Position numbers and translations under genes: made by a program. Shown piece after piece: positions 10,047 to 18,471 of a stretch of 64,000 bases of DNA (its first letter is position 1; every line of letters starts with the position of its first letter). Source of the DNA: an uncultured Verrucomicrobiae bacterium (GTDB lineage Bacteria; Chlamydiota; Chlamydiia; Chlamydiales; Rhabdochlamydiaceae); contig CAWDYW010000001.1 of assembly GCA_963806855.1 (NCBI GenBank), forward strand, positions 736,001 to 800,000, written 5' to 3'. Under the pieces are notes generated by a model. That model saw nothing but the letters and a program-made list of their open reading frames with translations. It did no database searches and was not told where the DNA came from.

Positions 10047-11213
10047 ATGGTCGGTTGGCTGAAAAATCGGGGCGTTCAGGTACTCCTTGTCGTCGGAATC
10101 TATCTCTTCATCGCCAATTTTTTGCCGTTGGTCATCCACCAAGGGCTCTATACCATCAGTGTCTTCATCAAAGATCTGCTCGTGTGGCTGCTGCCGGTGA
10201 CTGTCGGGCTCTTTATCGCTCAGACGATTTGCTCGTTTGAGCAGCGGGCGCCGCTCTTCATTTTGGCGATGGTGATCTTTGAGGGGCTCTCAAACTTCTC
10301 AAGTGTCTGGTTTGCGATTGGAGGGGGACACATTGCGGCCGATTTCCTCCCGCCAATTCAGATGCCGATCATCAATGTCGACTTCAGCCCGCTCTGGCGC
10401 CTCCCTTTCACCAAGCCGGTATGGTGGTCGGCTGATAAGGGGACCTTTTTTGGTGTTGCGCTCGGCTGCCTCGCCATTATAGGGAAAAAGACTCTGCTTA
10501 AAGAGTGGATCGGAAAAGGCAAAGGAGCTGCGCAGTGGATCTTGACCCGGATTTTTTCTCGATTGATCCCTCTCTTCATCCTCGGATTTGTCGCTCGGAT
10601 GCATCAAACCGAGATCTTGCGCCACATTTTTGCCCATTATTCGGTGCTCTTGATCTGGATGCTCTTCTTCTTAAGTGCCTATATTTTCCTCTTGTTTCTA
10701 ATCGGCAGCGGATCATGGCGAGGAGCGCTGCAAAGCTTAAAAAACCTCAGCCCCGCTGGAGCCATCGCCTTTACCTCGGGGTGTAGCCTCTCGACGATGC
10801 CTTGGACCATCGAGGGTGCCGCTAAAAATCTCCAAAACCCCGATTTTGCCAAAGCCATTATCCCGGCGACGACCAATATTCAGCAGATTGGAGACTGCAT
10901 CATCAACACCTTTCTTTGCTTTTTGATCTATAACCACTTCTACGGGCATTCCCCCGATGTGCAGACACTCGTCAGCTTCAGCGTCATGTTTGTGCTCGCC
11001 CGTTTTGCCACTGCTGCTGTCATCGGCGGGGCGATTTTCATCATGCTCCCAATCTATGAGACCTATCTCTCCTTCAGTCCTGAGATGATCGCGATTATTT
11101 TAGCTTTTAATGTGATCCTCGACCCGATTGTCACCTCATCCAATGTGATGGCCAATGGGGCGCTCTGTCGGGTATTTGAGAGGGTTTGGGTGAGAGTGCA
11201 GAGGGCTTTTTAA
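10047..11213 (+). CDS. Dicarboxylate/amino acid:cation symporter (SDF family)
   Basis: Polytopic membrane protein with 'AFTSGCSLSTMP' and 'ILDPIVTSSNV'; in-frame ATG at 10047 chosen to avoid overlap with the divergent gene. Confidence 0.85.
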   Translation: MVGWLKNRGVQVLLVVGIYLFIANFLPLVIHQGLYTISVFIKDLLVWLLPVTVGLFIAQTICSFEQRAPLFILAMVIFEGLSNFSSVWFAIGGGHIAADFLPPIQMPIINVDFSPLWRLPFTKPVWWSADKGTFFGVALGCLAIIGKKTLLKEWIGKGKGAAQWILTRIFSRLIPLFILGFVARMHQTEILRHIFAHYSVLLIWMLFFLSAYIFLLFLIGSGSWRGALQSLKNLSPAGAIAFTSGCSLSTMPWTIEGAAKNLQNPDFAKAIIPATTNIQQIGDCIINTFLCFLIYNHFYGHSPDVQTLVSFSVMFVLARFATAAVIGGAIFIMLPIYETYLSFSPEMIAIILAFNVILDPIVTSSNVMANGALCRVFERVWVRVQRAF

Positions 11214-11370
11214 CCCGAGCCCCAAATAGGCGACAATATGCGCCAGCGAGGCAAAGCAAAATCGATTCCCCAATCGCAGGACAGTGTTCTTGTACCACGA
11301 ACTGCGATTGGGAAATCGATTTGGCAAAGCCGCAGCAAGCAGATTGTCGCCTATTTGGGGCTCGGGTTAA
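11210..11370. mobile_element. Palindromic miniature element (MITE/RPE-like), family A
   Basis: Perfect 28-bp terminal inverted repeat TTAACCCGAGCCCCAAATAGGCGACAAT, plus a nested 21-bp inverted repeat with 1 mismatch. Confidence 0.75.
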
Positions 11371-11378
11371 TAACTTCG

Positions 11379-11975
11379 CTATTCGGTAGCAAAAAGCCAG
11401 AAAAAGAAGGCGGCGGCGATGATTTTGATGGCGATGACGACCGAGATATTGTGGAAGTGCTTATCAATAAATAATTTTACTTTCTCGCCCCACAGCAAAA
11501 CGATTGTCCCAATAAAGGTGAATCGGACCAGCCTAGCGGCGATTAGCCCTATGATAAAGCCTGCTGGGTTCAGGTGGAAGGCTCCAGCAGCGAGGCTAAT
11601 AGCCTTGAGGGGGAGCGGGAGCAAGGCGCTGATAAAGACAGCCCAGACCGTATAGGCTTGCAGATGGCCTGTTAAACGGCCAAAAAACGAGGCTGAAATC
11701 AGATGGGGAACCACATAGGGGCCGATGAGATCCCAGAGAAAATGGCCCAATAAATAGCCTATAATCCCCGAAAGGGTCGATGCCACAGCGGCGATGATAA
11801 TGTAAAGAAATGTTTTTCTAGGGTTCTGTAAGCAGAAGAAGATCATTACCGCATCCAAGGGGATCAGCAGGAAGATCTCAAGCAAGAAGAGCAGACCGAT
11901 CCACAGGGGAGCCTTGGAGGAGGTAGCCTTCTCCGTTGCCCAATTGTAGAGCTTTGTTGTCGCCGTTCTTATCAT
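11379..11975 (-). CDS. YqaA/DedA (VTT domain) membrane protein
   Basis: 'ASTLSGIIGYLLG', 'PLPLKAISLAAG' and 'ARLVRF'. Confidence 0.88.
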   Translation of the reverse strand: MIRTATTKLYNWATEKATSSKAPLWIGLLFLLEIFLLIPLDAVMIFFCLQNPRKTFLYIIIAAVASTLSGIIGYLLGHFLWDLIGPYVVPHLISASFFGRLTGHLQAYTVWAVFISALLPLPLKAISLAAGAFHLNPAGFIIGLIAARLVRFTFIGTIVLLWGEKVKLFIDKHFHNISVVIAIKIIAAAFFFWLFATE

Positions 11976-12072
11976 TTAATTTTTTTACTTTTTAGGGTTT
12001 CCGCTCCTCCATTATACCATATATAAGAATAAAGAACCTATCTCGAAAATCGACTGAAACTTTTTATCGGGA

Positions 12073-12239
12073 TATACCCCGACTCGCCCAAAAATGTGAA
12101 TTTGGACCGCGCCAAAGCCTCGGGGTTCAGCTGCTTTTCCGAGGGTTGTATATATTCGATACTACCCTCGGAAAAACAGCTGAACCGCGAGAGCTTTCGC
12201 GTGGGTCCAAATTCACATTTTTGGGCGAGTCGGGGTATA
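12073..12239. mobile_element. 167-bp palindromic MITE, family B, copy 1
   Basis: TATACCCCGACTCGCCCAAAAATGTGAATTTGGACC...GGTCCAAATTCACATTTTTGGGCGAGTCGGGGTATA; a near-identical inverted copy lies at 41761..41927. Confidence 0.9.
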
Positions 12240-12284
12240 GGTTCCAAGGCCCCAACTAAAAGGTGTTGGGGCATTAATATAGAT

Positions 12285-12785
12285 CTATGAGTTGACTTCA
12301 GTTTGGAAGCTAGTTTCTTGTTGCTCGGCAAGATGCTCAAGAGGGGCATCAGCATGTTCTGGGATATATGCTTTAGGCTCCGTTGCAACTTTTTTCTTCA
12401 GTATTTCTGGTTCTGTGAATGTATCCTTCACAACTTCAGGAGTCACTTCAGTTTTGACCTCTTTGGTCTTCACTTGCACAATCTTCTCTTCTTGTTTAGG
12501 AGAGGGAGAGACAGGCTGCTGTACTTGCACAATCTTCTCTTCTTGTTTAGAAGAGGGAGGGACAGGCTGCTGTTTCGGTTTAACTTCAGCCGTTACAGGT
12601 GTTGTTTCAGTGAGCGGATAAGTGTAGTATTTCTTGGATTTACCTTTCTTTTTATTTTTCTTCGCTTTTGAATGAGATGAGCTGTGTTTACTGCTCTTCT
12701 TTTTGCTTTTGGCTTCTCCTTCTGCGCAGATACCGCAGAGCAGGATCATCAGAGCTGATAGGATGGTTTTCGAGTTGAAGTACAT
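12285..12785 (-). CDS. Secreted low-complexity hypothetical protein
   Basis: Signal peptide, Lys/Ser-rich segment, 17-aa tandem repeat; GGAG RBS upstream. Confidence 0.75.
   Translation of the reverse strand: MYFNSKTILSALMILLCGICAEGEAKSKKKSSKHSSSHSKAKKNKKKGKSKKYYTYPLTETTPVTAEVKPKQQPVPPSSKQEEKIVQVQQPVSPSPKQEEKIVQVKTKEVKTEVTPEVVKDTFTEPEILKKKVATEPKAYIPEHADAPLEHLAEQQETSFQTEVNS
12472..12573. repeat. 2 x 51-bp in-frame tandem repeat
   Basis: QQPV(P/S)PS(S/P)KQEEKIVQV occurs twice, with near-identical DNA. Confidence 0.9.
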
Positions 12786-12885
12786 ATTATGGTCTCCTTT
12801 TAAATTTTTTGGGGTCGATCTGGATGACGATCTTAATTAATGGGCTAAATCTTTACAAGAATTTGTTCGCAGGGTAGCCTAAGCC

Positions 12886-13518
12886 ATGAAGAAAATCTTC
12901 CTGATGCTATTGATTGCCTGTAACGCCTACGCATCAGACTGGGATGTTGAATATTGGCAATATTTCAGAAAAACGAACTTCCAATGCGGCTCTCTTAAAG
13001 TCTACACATCTGGCGTCGTCCGTTTAGACAAAGATATCACCAGATTTTATTATTACCGAATTACCGAAAATGTGGCCTATCGTCTTTTTCGTTGGTTGGA
13101 TTTAGAGGCTCACTACAGCTTTATCTATACAAAACCGCGTGGCGCACCTTCTTTTCATACTGTGAGCAGGCTCGAGTTAGAGGCGATCCCACTCTTCGAC
13201 TTTGGTAAGATAAACATCCAGTGGCGGAATCGGCTGCAAATTATCAAGAGACAACACATCACCGAGCTTCTATATATCTTGAGAGAGAGGCTCATGATCC
13301 GGGTGCCGGTCTGCCTTTGTCCTTTGGTTTCGATCAATTTCTACGACGAGGTCTTCTACAACTACGAACTGAAGAAAGTGACTGAAAACCGGTTCATCCC
13401 TTTGGAATTTTCCTTCTCTTTCTGCAGAGTCGATCTCGATCTCTTCTTCATGGTGCGCAACTTCTGGCGACTCAAATGGTACAACAGTATTGTCTTTGGG
13501 ACTGAGTTCAGTTTTTAA
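12886..13518 (+). CDS. DUF2490-like outer-membrane beta-barrel protein
   Basis: Signal peptide, alternating aromatic strands, 'RNRL', 'YDEVFYN', 'ENRF' and a C-terminal Phe. Confidence 0.75.
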   Translation: MKKIFLMLLIACNAYASDWDVEYWQYFRKTNFQCGSLKVYTSGVVRLDKDITRFYYYRITENVAYRLFRWLDLEAHYSFIYTKPRGAPSFHTVSRLELEAIPLFDFGKINIQWRNRLQIIKRQHITELLYILRERLMIRVPVCLCPLVSINFYDEVFYNYELKKVTENRFIPLEFSFSFCRVDLDLFFMVRNFWRLKWYNSIVFGTEFSF

Positions 13519-14194
13519 TTATCCGAAAAAACTCATTCACACTGATAGGAGCAAATGATTCTATTCTCAGATGGGCATGGGAAAGATCTTGGAAGCGGGT
13601 AGATCGATTGGGCACTGCGATTGTGAAACATCCAGCCCCTACTCCCGCTGTCACACCCGTTGAGCTATCTTCGATGACGACACACTGCTCCGGTGCCACT
13701 CCGAGCTGTTTTGCCGAATGCAGATAGATATAGGGTTTGGGCTTGTTCACCCCTTCAGGGTCAGTGTAGGCAGACAAATCATCGATCCCAGAAAGGACGA
13801 TGTCGAAGAGCTTTTCAATTCCCAAATGGAGCAAATGAGTCAAAATCTCCTCTTTTTTTGCTGCAGAGGCGATCCCGAATTTTAAACCCCGCTGCTCTTT
13901 TTCCATAGCGAGGCGGTGGATAAAATCGATTGTCGGAGCAATGGGGGGTAGGCCGCTTTGCCGAATCTGAAGATAGCGGTGCATCTTATCTTCCAGGATG
14001 ATCTGTGCGGCTGATGATCCAATTTTTTCTGCCATCAACTTGGCATTGGCTTCAAGTCCTTTACCAACATAAAACGCATAATCCTCTTCAGACAGGTCGC
14101 TCCCTTGATTCTGCAGAGCGTATTGCCAAGATAGGTAGTGGGCATATTCGCTGTCGACAAGTGTCCCATCACAGTCAAAAATGATCGCTTTCAT
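13508..14194 (-). CDS. HAD-family phosphatase (beta-PGM/CbbY-like)
   Basis: 'FDCDGTLVDS', 'KPKPYIY' and 'VIEDSSTG'. Confidence 0.92.
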   Translation of the reverse strand: MKAIIFDCDGTLVDSEYAHYLSWQYALQNQGSDLSEEDYAFYVGKGLEANAKLMAEKIGSSAAQIILEDKMHRYLQIRQSGLPPIAPTIDFIHRLAMEKEQRGLKFGIASAAKKEEILTHLLHLGIEKLFDIVLSGIDDLSAYTDPEGVNKPKPYIYLHSAKQLGVAPEQCVVIEDSSTGVTAGVGAGCFTIAVPNRSTRFQDLSHAHLRIESFAPISVNEFFRIIKN

Positions 14195-15099
14195 TTATTG
14201 ATCCAATTAATTACGACATCTAAAGATTCTCTTGCTTGAGCCGAGGCACGCGCCCCATGGCCTGCCAAATGGTCGCTCCGTTGCTGGCAATACACAGTGG
14301 TCGGCACCCCTGCCGCAGAGAGCCGGTCGGCATATTTCTGTCCCATCTCTCTCTGAAGATCATATTCTGCTAGGACAATCAGAGCTGGGGGAAGATCGCG
14401 TAAATCCTCTGCCATCAGGGGAGAGGCGTAAGCTTTTGTCGCATCGCTCGGATCAGACAGATACTGTTTTGTGTACCAGCGTAAGGAGTCGAAGGGGTCA
14501 TCTTGCCTTTCTGTGCCATAGGTCAAATTGGTCGCAGGATTGATCAAAACTTGCGCATCGATTTTGGGGCCGCCACGATCGCGCGCCATCATGCATAAGG
14601 CCGCTGCCAAGTTGCCTCCAGCGCTGTCGCCGACGACTGTAAGAGAGGGGGGATTAACGTTCTGCACCGTCCACAGCAGCGCTTCATAGGATTGCTCTAG
14701 AGGCAAGGGAAATTTCCCTTCGGGGGCATTGAGATAGCCGACAGAGACGACCACCGATCCGGTTTTAGAGCAGAGGTAACGGGCCAGATTGTCGTGCGTG
14801 TCAAGATTGCCGGCGATCCAGGCCCCTCCATGAATCAGCAAGATGGCTGGGAGCTGTTTGTTTTCACTTGGCCGGTAGACCCGAATCGGAGTCGATTTGT
14901 TGATTTCCAAATCGAGGGCAGACATGACCGGTGCGGCTTCTGCTTCAATGGCCATGATGCGCTGGTTGATTTTTTCTCGGACCTCGCTGGGGTCCCTTTC
15001 CCATAATGATTGAGCGTTCATCGTACCAAAACCTAAAATAAGAATTAACAGTGTCTTCATCATAAAGAATATTGTATAAGACTGTTGAATATTTTGCAT
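14191..15099 (-). CDS. HSL-family alpha/beta hydrolase (esterase/lipase), probably secreted
   Basis: HGGAW oxyanion motif and GDSAGG nucleophile; true start may be ~15063. Confidence 0.92.
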   Translation of the reverse strand: MQNIQQSYTIFFMMKTLLILILGFGTMNAQSLWERDPSEVREKINQRIMAIEAEAAPVMSALDLEINKSTPIRVYRPSENKQLPAILLIHGGAWIAGNLDTHDNLARYLCSKTGSVVVSVGYLNAPEGKFPLPLEQSYEALLWTVQNVNPPSLTVVGDSAGGNLAAALCMMARDRGGPKIDAQVLINPATNLTYGTERQDDPFDSLRWYTKQYLSDPSDATKAYASPLMAEDLRDLPPALIVLAEYDLQREMGQKYADRLSAAGVPTTVYCQQRSDHLAGHGARASAQARESLDVVINWINK

Positions 15100-15156
15100 C
15101 TTAAATTTTTATATGTAATTGATTTGTATTTATAATTTTGATATAGTAATCAAGCT

Positions 15157-16170
15157 ATGAGTATTAATTCTATTAAGCCTTGGATGCAACAAAATCAGGG
15201 AACTATTGCGGCCGTCGCGGTGGGGGCGCCGCTCGCTATCGAAGCGGGCTTAATGGTAAAAAATATATTGAATAATCCTAGGTTTCCACTTGAGAAGATT
15301 GCCGAATTTAAAAATCGACTCATCCAAGCTTTTACTCCTCAAAAAGATGAGACACTCGAGCAAACGATCCTGAAGATCTCAAAAAATGTCTTTCTGTTGA
15401 TCGCGTTTTTAGCCATGTCAGCAGCCACTCTCTATGGGGCGATCTATTTTCTCCCAATGGCCGCCGCCATTCCGTTGGCTCTGACTACGATCTTCTATGT
15501 TGGAAAAGCGATTGCTGCGGCACCCGAATTTTTTAAACAATTTTCTATTCAGCCAGGAGAGGACGTTTTTGAGGCTCGCAAACGGATCGCGAAATTGGTG
15601 ATCAAAGTGTCGGTCATTGGACTCTTAGGGCTTGCAGGTCTCGGACTCGCAGGCTACGTGGTCTATCCAATCATCACCGAAGGATTCAGATGGACCATTT
15701 CCCTCCCATTTCAAACCAAACCGGTGGTCTTTTTAGAGTATGCCTTTGTCGGCCTCATCCATTTGGGGTTGGCGATTCACCATTACATCAAAGGGGACAA
15801 GCAAACTTGCCTCTTCCATCTTTTTGCATCGGCGATGTCGATTATTTTTCCTCTCTACTATTGGAACCATGAGATGCGCATTCACCACTCCTTCCTTGGG
15901 CTGATTTTAATGGCTCTCCCATTCCGGACGATGAAATGGATCGGCTCTGCGATCACATTCGATTCTTCGATGTATATGTTTATGCAAAATCGCAGCAACT
16001 TTGACTTCATGAATATTCTCTGGGGAAATTTCCCGCTCTTTGTCGGGACCGAAAGTGCGGCAATTCTCGCAGAAGGGATCAACGATCAGTGGGAGAAGGA
16101 GTCAAAACCGTCACCTTGCCCGAGGTTAGATCATAATAACCTCCGACAACAGCAAACTTCTTCTTCTTAA
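15157..16170 (+). CDS. Hypothetical polytopic membrane protein
   Basis: 337 aa with multiple TM segments and an AT-rich promoter region. Confidence 0.7.
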   Translation: MSINSIKPWMQQNQGTIAAVAVGAPLAIEAGLMVKNILNNPRFPLEKIAEFKNRLIQAFTPQKDETLEQTILKISKNVFLLIAFLAMSAATLYGAIYFLPMAAAIPLALTTIFYVGKAIAAAPEFFKQFSIQPGEDVFEARKRIAKLVIKVSVIGLLGLAGLGLAGYVVYPIITEGFRWTISLPFQTKPVVFLEYAFVGLIHLGLAIHHYIKGDKQTCLFHLFASAMSIIFPLYYWNHEMRIHHSFLGLILMALPFRTMKWIGSAITFDSSMYMFMQNRSNFDFMNILWGNFPLFVGTESAAILAEGINDQWEKESKPSPCPRLDHNNLRQQQTSSS

Positions 16171-16696
16171 TGTAATCGGCCAGCACAGGACTTTTCTCAA
16201 GCTGAGCGACCACATTTTTCACATTGGCTTTGACAGCATTTTCTAAAGTCATATTGGGCTTGATCCCAGGAGCAATTAACTCTGCGACCGATTCAATATC
16301 TTTAGTCTTCCCATGTTGAACCGCATCGACCGCTCCACAATTCTCATGCCCAAGCACGAAGAGGAACGTAGAACCAAGATAGATGACCGAATATTCGATA
16401 CTGTCCAATTCAATTGGGCCGACAATATTGCCTGCTACGCGGACGATGAAAAGATCGCCAACCCCTTGGTCAAAGAGAATCTCAGGAGGGACGCGCGAAT
16501 CTGAACATCCCAAGATCGTGGCAAACGGATTTTGGCCGGCTACAGTCTGAGCTCTTCGCTCTTGATCACGATCTGGATGCAGGAGCTCACCTTTGACGTA
16601 ACGCTGGTTGCCTTGCATGAGCCGCTTAAAACTATCAGCAGGTGAAGCCGTAAGCGCTGTAGAGAAAAAGAGGAGAGCAAAGATCAAATTCTTCAT
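16079..16696 (-). CDS. Beta-class carbonic anhydrase with signal peptide
   Basis: 'GCSDSRV', 'RVAGN' and 'GHENCGAV' Zn ligands. Confidence 0.95.
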   Translation of the reverse strand: MKNLIFALLFFSTALTASPADSFKRLMQGNQRYVKGELLHPDRDQERRAQTVAGQNPFATILGCSDSRVPPEILFDQGVGDLFIVRVAGNIVGPIELDSIEYSVIYLGSTFLFVLGHENCGAVDAVQHGKTKDIESVAELIAPGIKPNMTLENAVKANVKNVVAQLEKSPVLADYIKKKKFAVVGGYYDLTSGKVTVLTPSPTDR

Positions 16697-16757
16697 GATT
16701 TTGAAAATAATAATTTGAATGATTCAATGTCAATAGGAAATAGGATATCCTTGAGAC

Positions 16758-17597
16758 ATGAAGATAGAAAAAGGGATTTATGCGGCGGCCCTGACACCTT
16801 TGCAGTCTGATTTTCAGTGTGATGTGGAAGCGCTGGCCGAGCATTGTCTGGATCTGATTAGCAGAGGATGCAAAGGGGTCGTTTTATTCGGGACAACTGG
16901 GGAGGGGTGCTCCTTCTCACTCGAGGAAAAAAAGAGAGTCATCGAGCAGGTGATTGCAAAAGGGGTTGATCCAAAAAAGATCATCGTCGCCAATGGCTCC
17001 TCCTGTCTTCCCGATACGATCGAGCTCGCTCTAACGGCTTTAAAGCATGGCTGTTTGGCCTATCTCATCGCGCCTCCCAGCTTCTTTAAGAATGTGACGG
17101 AAGAGGGAGTCCTCGCCTTTTACAGAAAAGTGCTAAAACGGGTCCCCGAGTTGCCGATTCTCCTCTACCACATCCCTCAGTTCAGCGGAGTTCCTTTATC
17201 TATTAACCAGGTGAAAACCCTCTGCAGAGAATTTCCGAATATTATTGGCCTGAAGGAGAGCGAGGGAAATCTCCCATTCACCAAGGCGATTTTAGAAAGT
17301 GTCCCTGATGCCCAAGTCTTCGTCGGGTCCGAAAAGCAGATCCCCGAGGCGGTCCGCTATGGAGCTTCCGGGTCAATCTGCGGGATGGCCAATCTGTGGC
17401 CGGAGCTGATTTGCGAACTCTATAAGACAGGCGACCTCACTGAATTGGAGAAGGTGAGCAAGCCGATCGAGCATCTGCCCTTTATTCCCTGCTTCAAAGC
17501 CATTCTGGCCTCGAAGAAAGGGGAGCATTGGCGAGACGTGGTCCCTCCGCTGGCTAAATTAATTTCTCAAGACTCTTTTTCAGGGCAGGATCGATGA
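16758..17597 (+). CDS. Dihydrodipicolinate synthase/N-acetylneuraminate lyase family protein
   Basis: 'GTTGE', 'LYHIP' and 'GLKES'. Confidence 0.9.
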   Translation: MKIEKGIYAAALTPLQSDFQCDVEALAEHCLDLISRGCKGVVLFGTTGEGCSFSLEEKKRVIEQVIAKGVDPKKIIVANGSSCLPDTIELALTALKHGCLAYLIAPPSFFKNVTEEGVLAFYRKVLKRVPELPILLYHIPQFSGVPLSINQVKTLCREFPNIIGLKESEGNLPFTKAILESVPDAQVFVGSEKQIPEAVRYGASGSICGMANLWPELICELYKTGDLTELEKVSKPIEHLPFIPCFKAILASKKGEHWRDVVPPLAKLISQDSFSGQDR

Positions 17598-17853
17598 TCT
17601 TAAGGGCATTTGAGCCTCGGGTGATTTGAGAGATGCTGACGCCAAATTGCTCGGCGATTTCACGCTGAGTCAATTTCCCTTCTTGCAAGGCTTTGACGAT
17701 TAGAAAACGTCTGCCGAGCGTTTCTTTCTCTTCAATCGTCAAGAATAGATCGAAAAACCGTTTAAACTCTTCGGGCGATTTGATTTTAGAGCAGAGTGTC
17801 AAAAATCCCCACCAAGCCTCTTCATCGTTCTCGCGCTTCACAGATGCTCCCAT
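17554..17853 (-). CDS. trpR: Trp operon repressor
   Basis: 'LTQREIAEQFGVSISQITRGSNALK' HTH, closely resembling chlamydial TrpR; start may be the GTG a few codons downstream. Confidence 0.9.
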   Translation of the reverse strand: MGASVKRENDEEAWWGFLTLCSKIKSPEEFKRFFDLFLTIEEKETLGRRFLIVKALQEGKLTQREIAEQFGVSISQITRGSNALKIIDPALKKSLEKLI

Positions 17854-18416
17854 AGGGCAAATCCAAAATGACGGAGCAATTGGTCGACTGTGTTGATCGG
17901 AAGTCCTTTGACATTGTAGTAGCAGCCGTCGATTTTTTTGACGATCAGCCCGCCGCTCATCTGAATCGCATAGCCACCCGCTTTATCTGCCCAGGGGATC
18001 TGAGCTAAATAGTGGTCAATCTGCTGTGGGGTTAGCTCATTGAAAAGGACACGGGTCTCTTCCACTTGTGAGACCACTTTATCCTGATTGAGGATGGTGA
18101 CGCCGGTGTAGACCGAGTGCCACTGACCAGCGAGCTCAACGAGATTTTGAAAAGCTTCTTCTTTATCCTTAGGCTTATTATAGACCTTCCCATTGCGAAA
18201 GACGACCGTATCGGCAGTCAGAATCACCGAGTCGGGGAATTTGGCCAGCAGCGCCTGGGCTTTGCCTTGGGATAGCGTGCGCACATACTCCTCCGGATCG
18301 CCATTAAAGGGGACCGCTTCCTCATCGAAAGAGGGGGGCGCCTGGGTAAAGGGAATGGAAAAAAACTCTAATATTTCTTTCCGCCTGGGAGACTGTGAGC
18401 CTAAAATAAGTTTCAT
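17838..18416 (-). CDS. maf: Maf family nucleoside-triphosphate pyrophosphatase
   Basis: 'LILGSQSPRR', 'ADTVV', 'KP', 'DKAGGYAIQ' and 'GLP'. Confidence 0.95.
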   Translation of the reverse strand: MKLILGSQSPRRKEILEFFSIPFTQAPPSFDEEAVPFNGDPEEYVRTLSQGKAQALLAKFPDSVILTADTVVFRNGKVYNKPKDKEEAFQNLVELAGQWHSVYTGVTILNQDKVVSQVEETRVLFNELTPQQIDHYLAQIPWADKAGGYAIQMSGGLIVKKIDGCYYNVKGLPINTVDQLLRHFGFALWEHL

Positions 18417-18471
18417 ATAATTAGTATTTTAAGTGTTTCTGGAATAAAATTCAAGTTCAACGAAAGGGTGT

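Noticed and set aside
12038..12388. ORFs crossing the MITE (also 12096..12290, 41621..41854, 41776..42171, 11136..11474)
   Set aside because: They are open frames through palindromic elements that overlap real genes, with no independent coding evidence.
16079..16170. 92-nt convergent overlap between the membrane protein and carbonic anhydrase (also the 44-nt dapA-like/trpR overlap)
   Set aside because: It involves only non-conserved-looking C-terminal tails, so there is no evidence of function.
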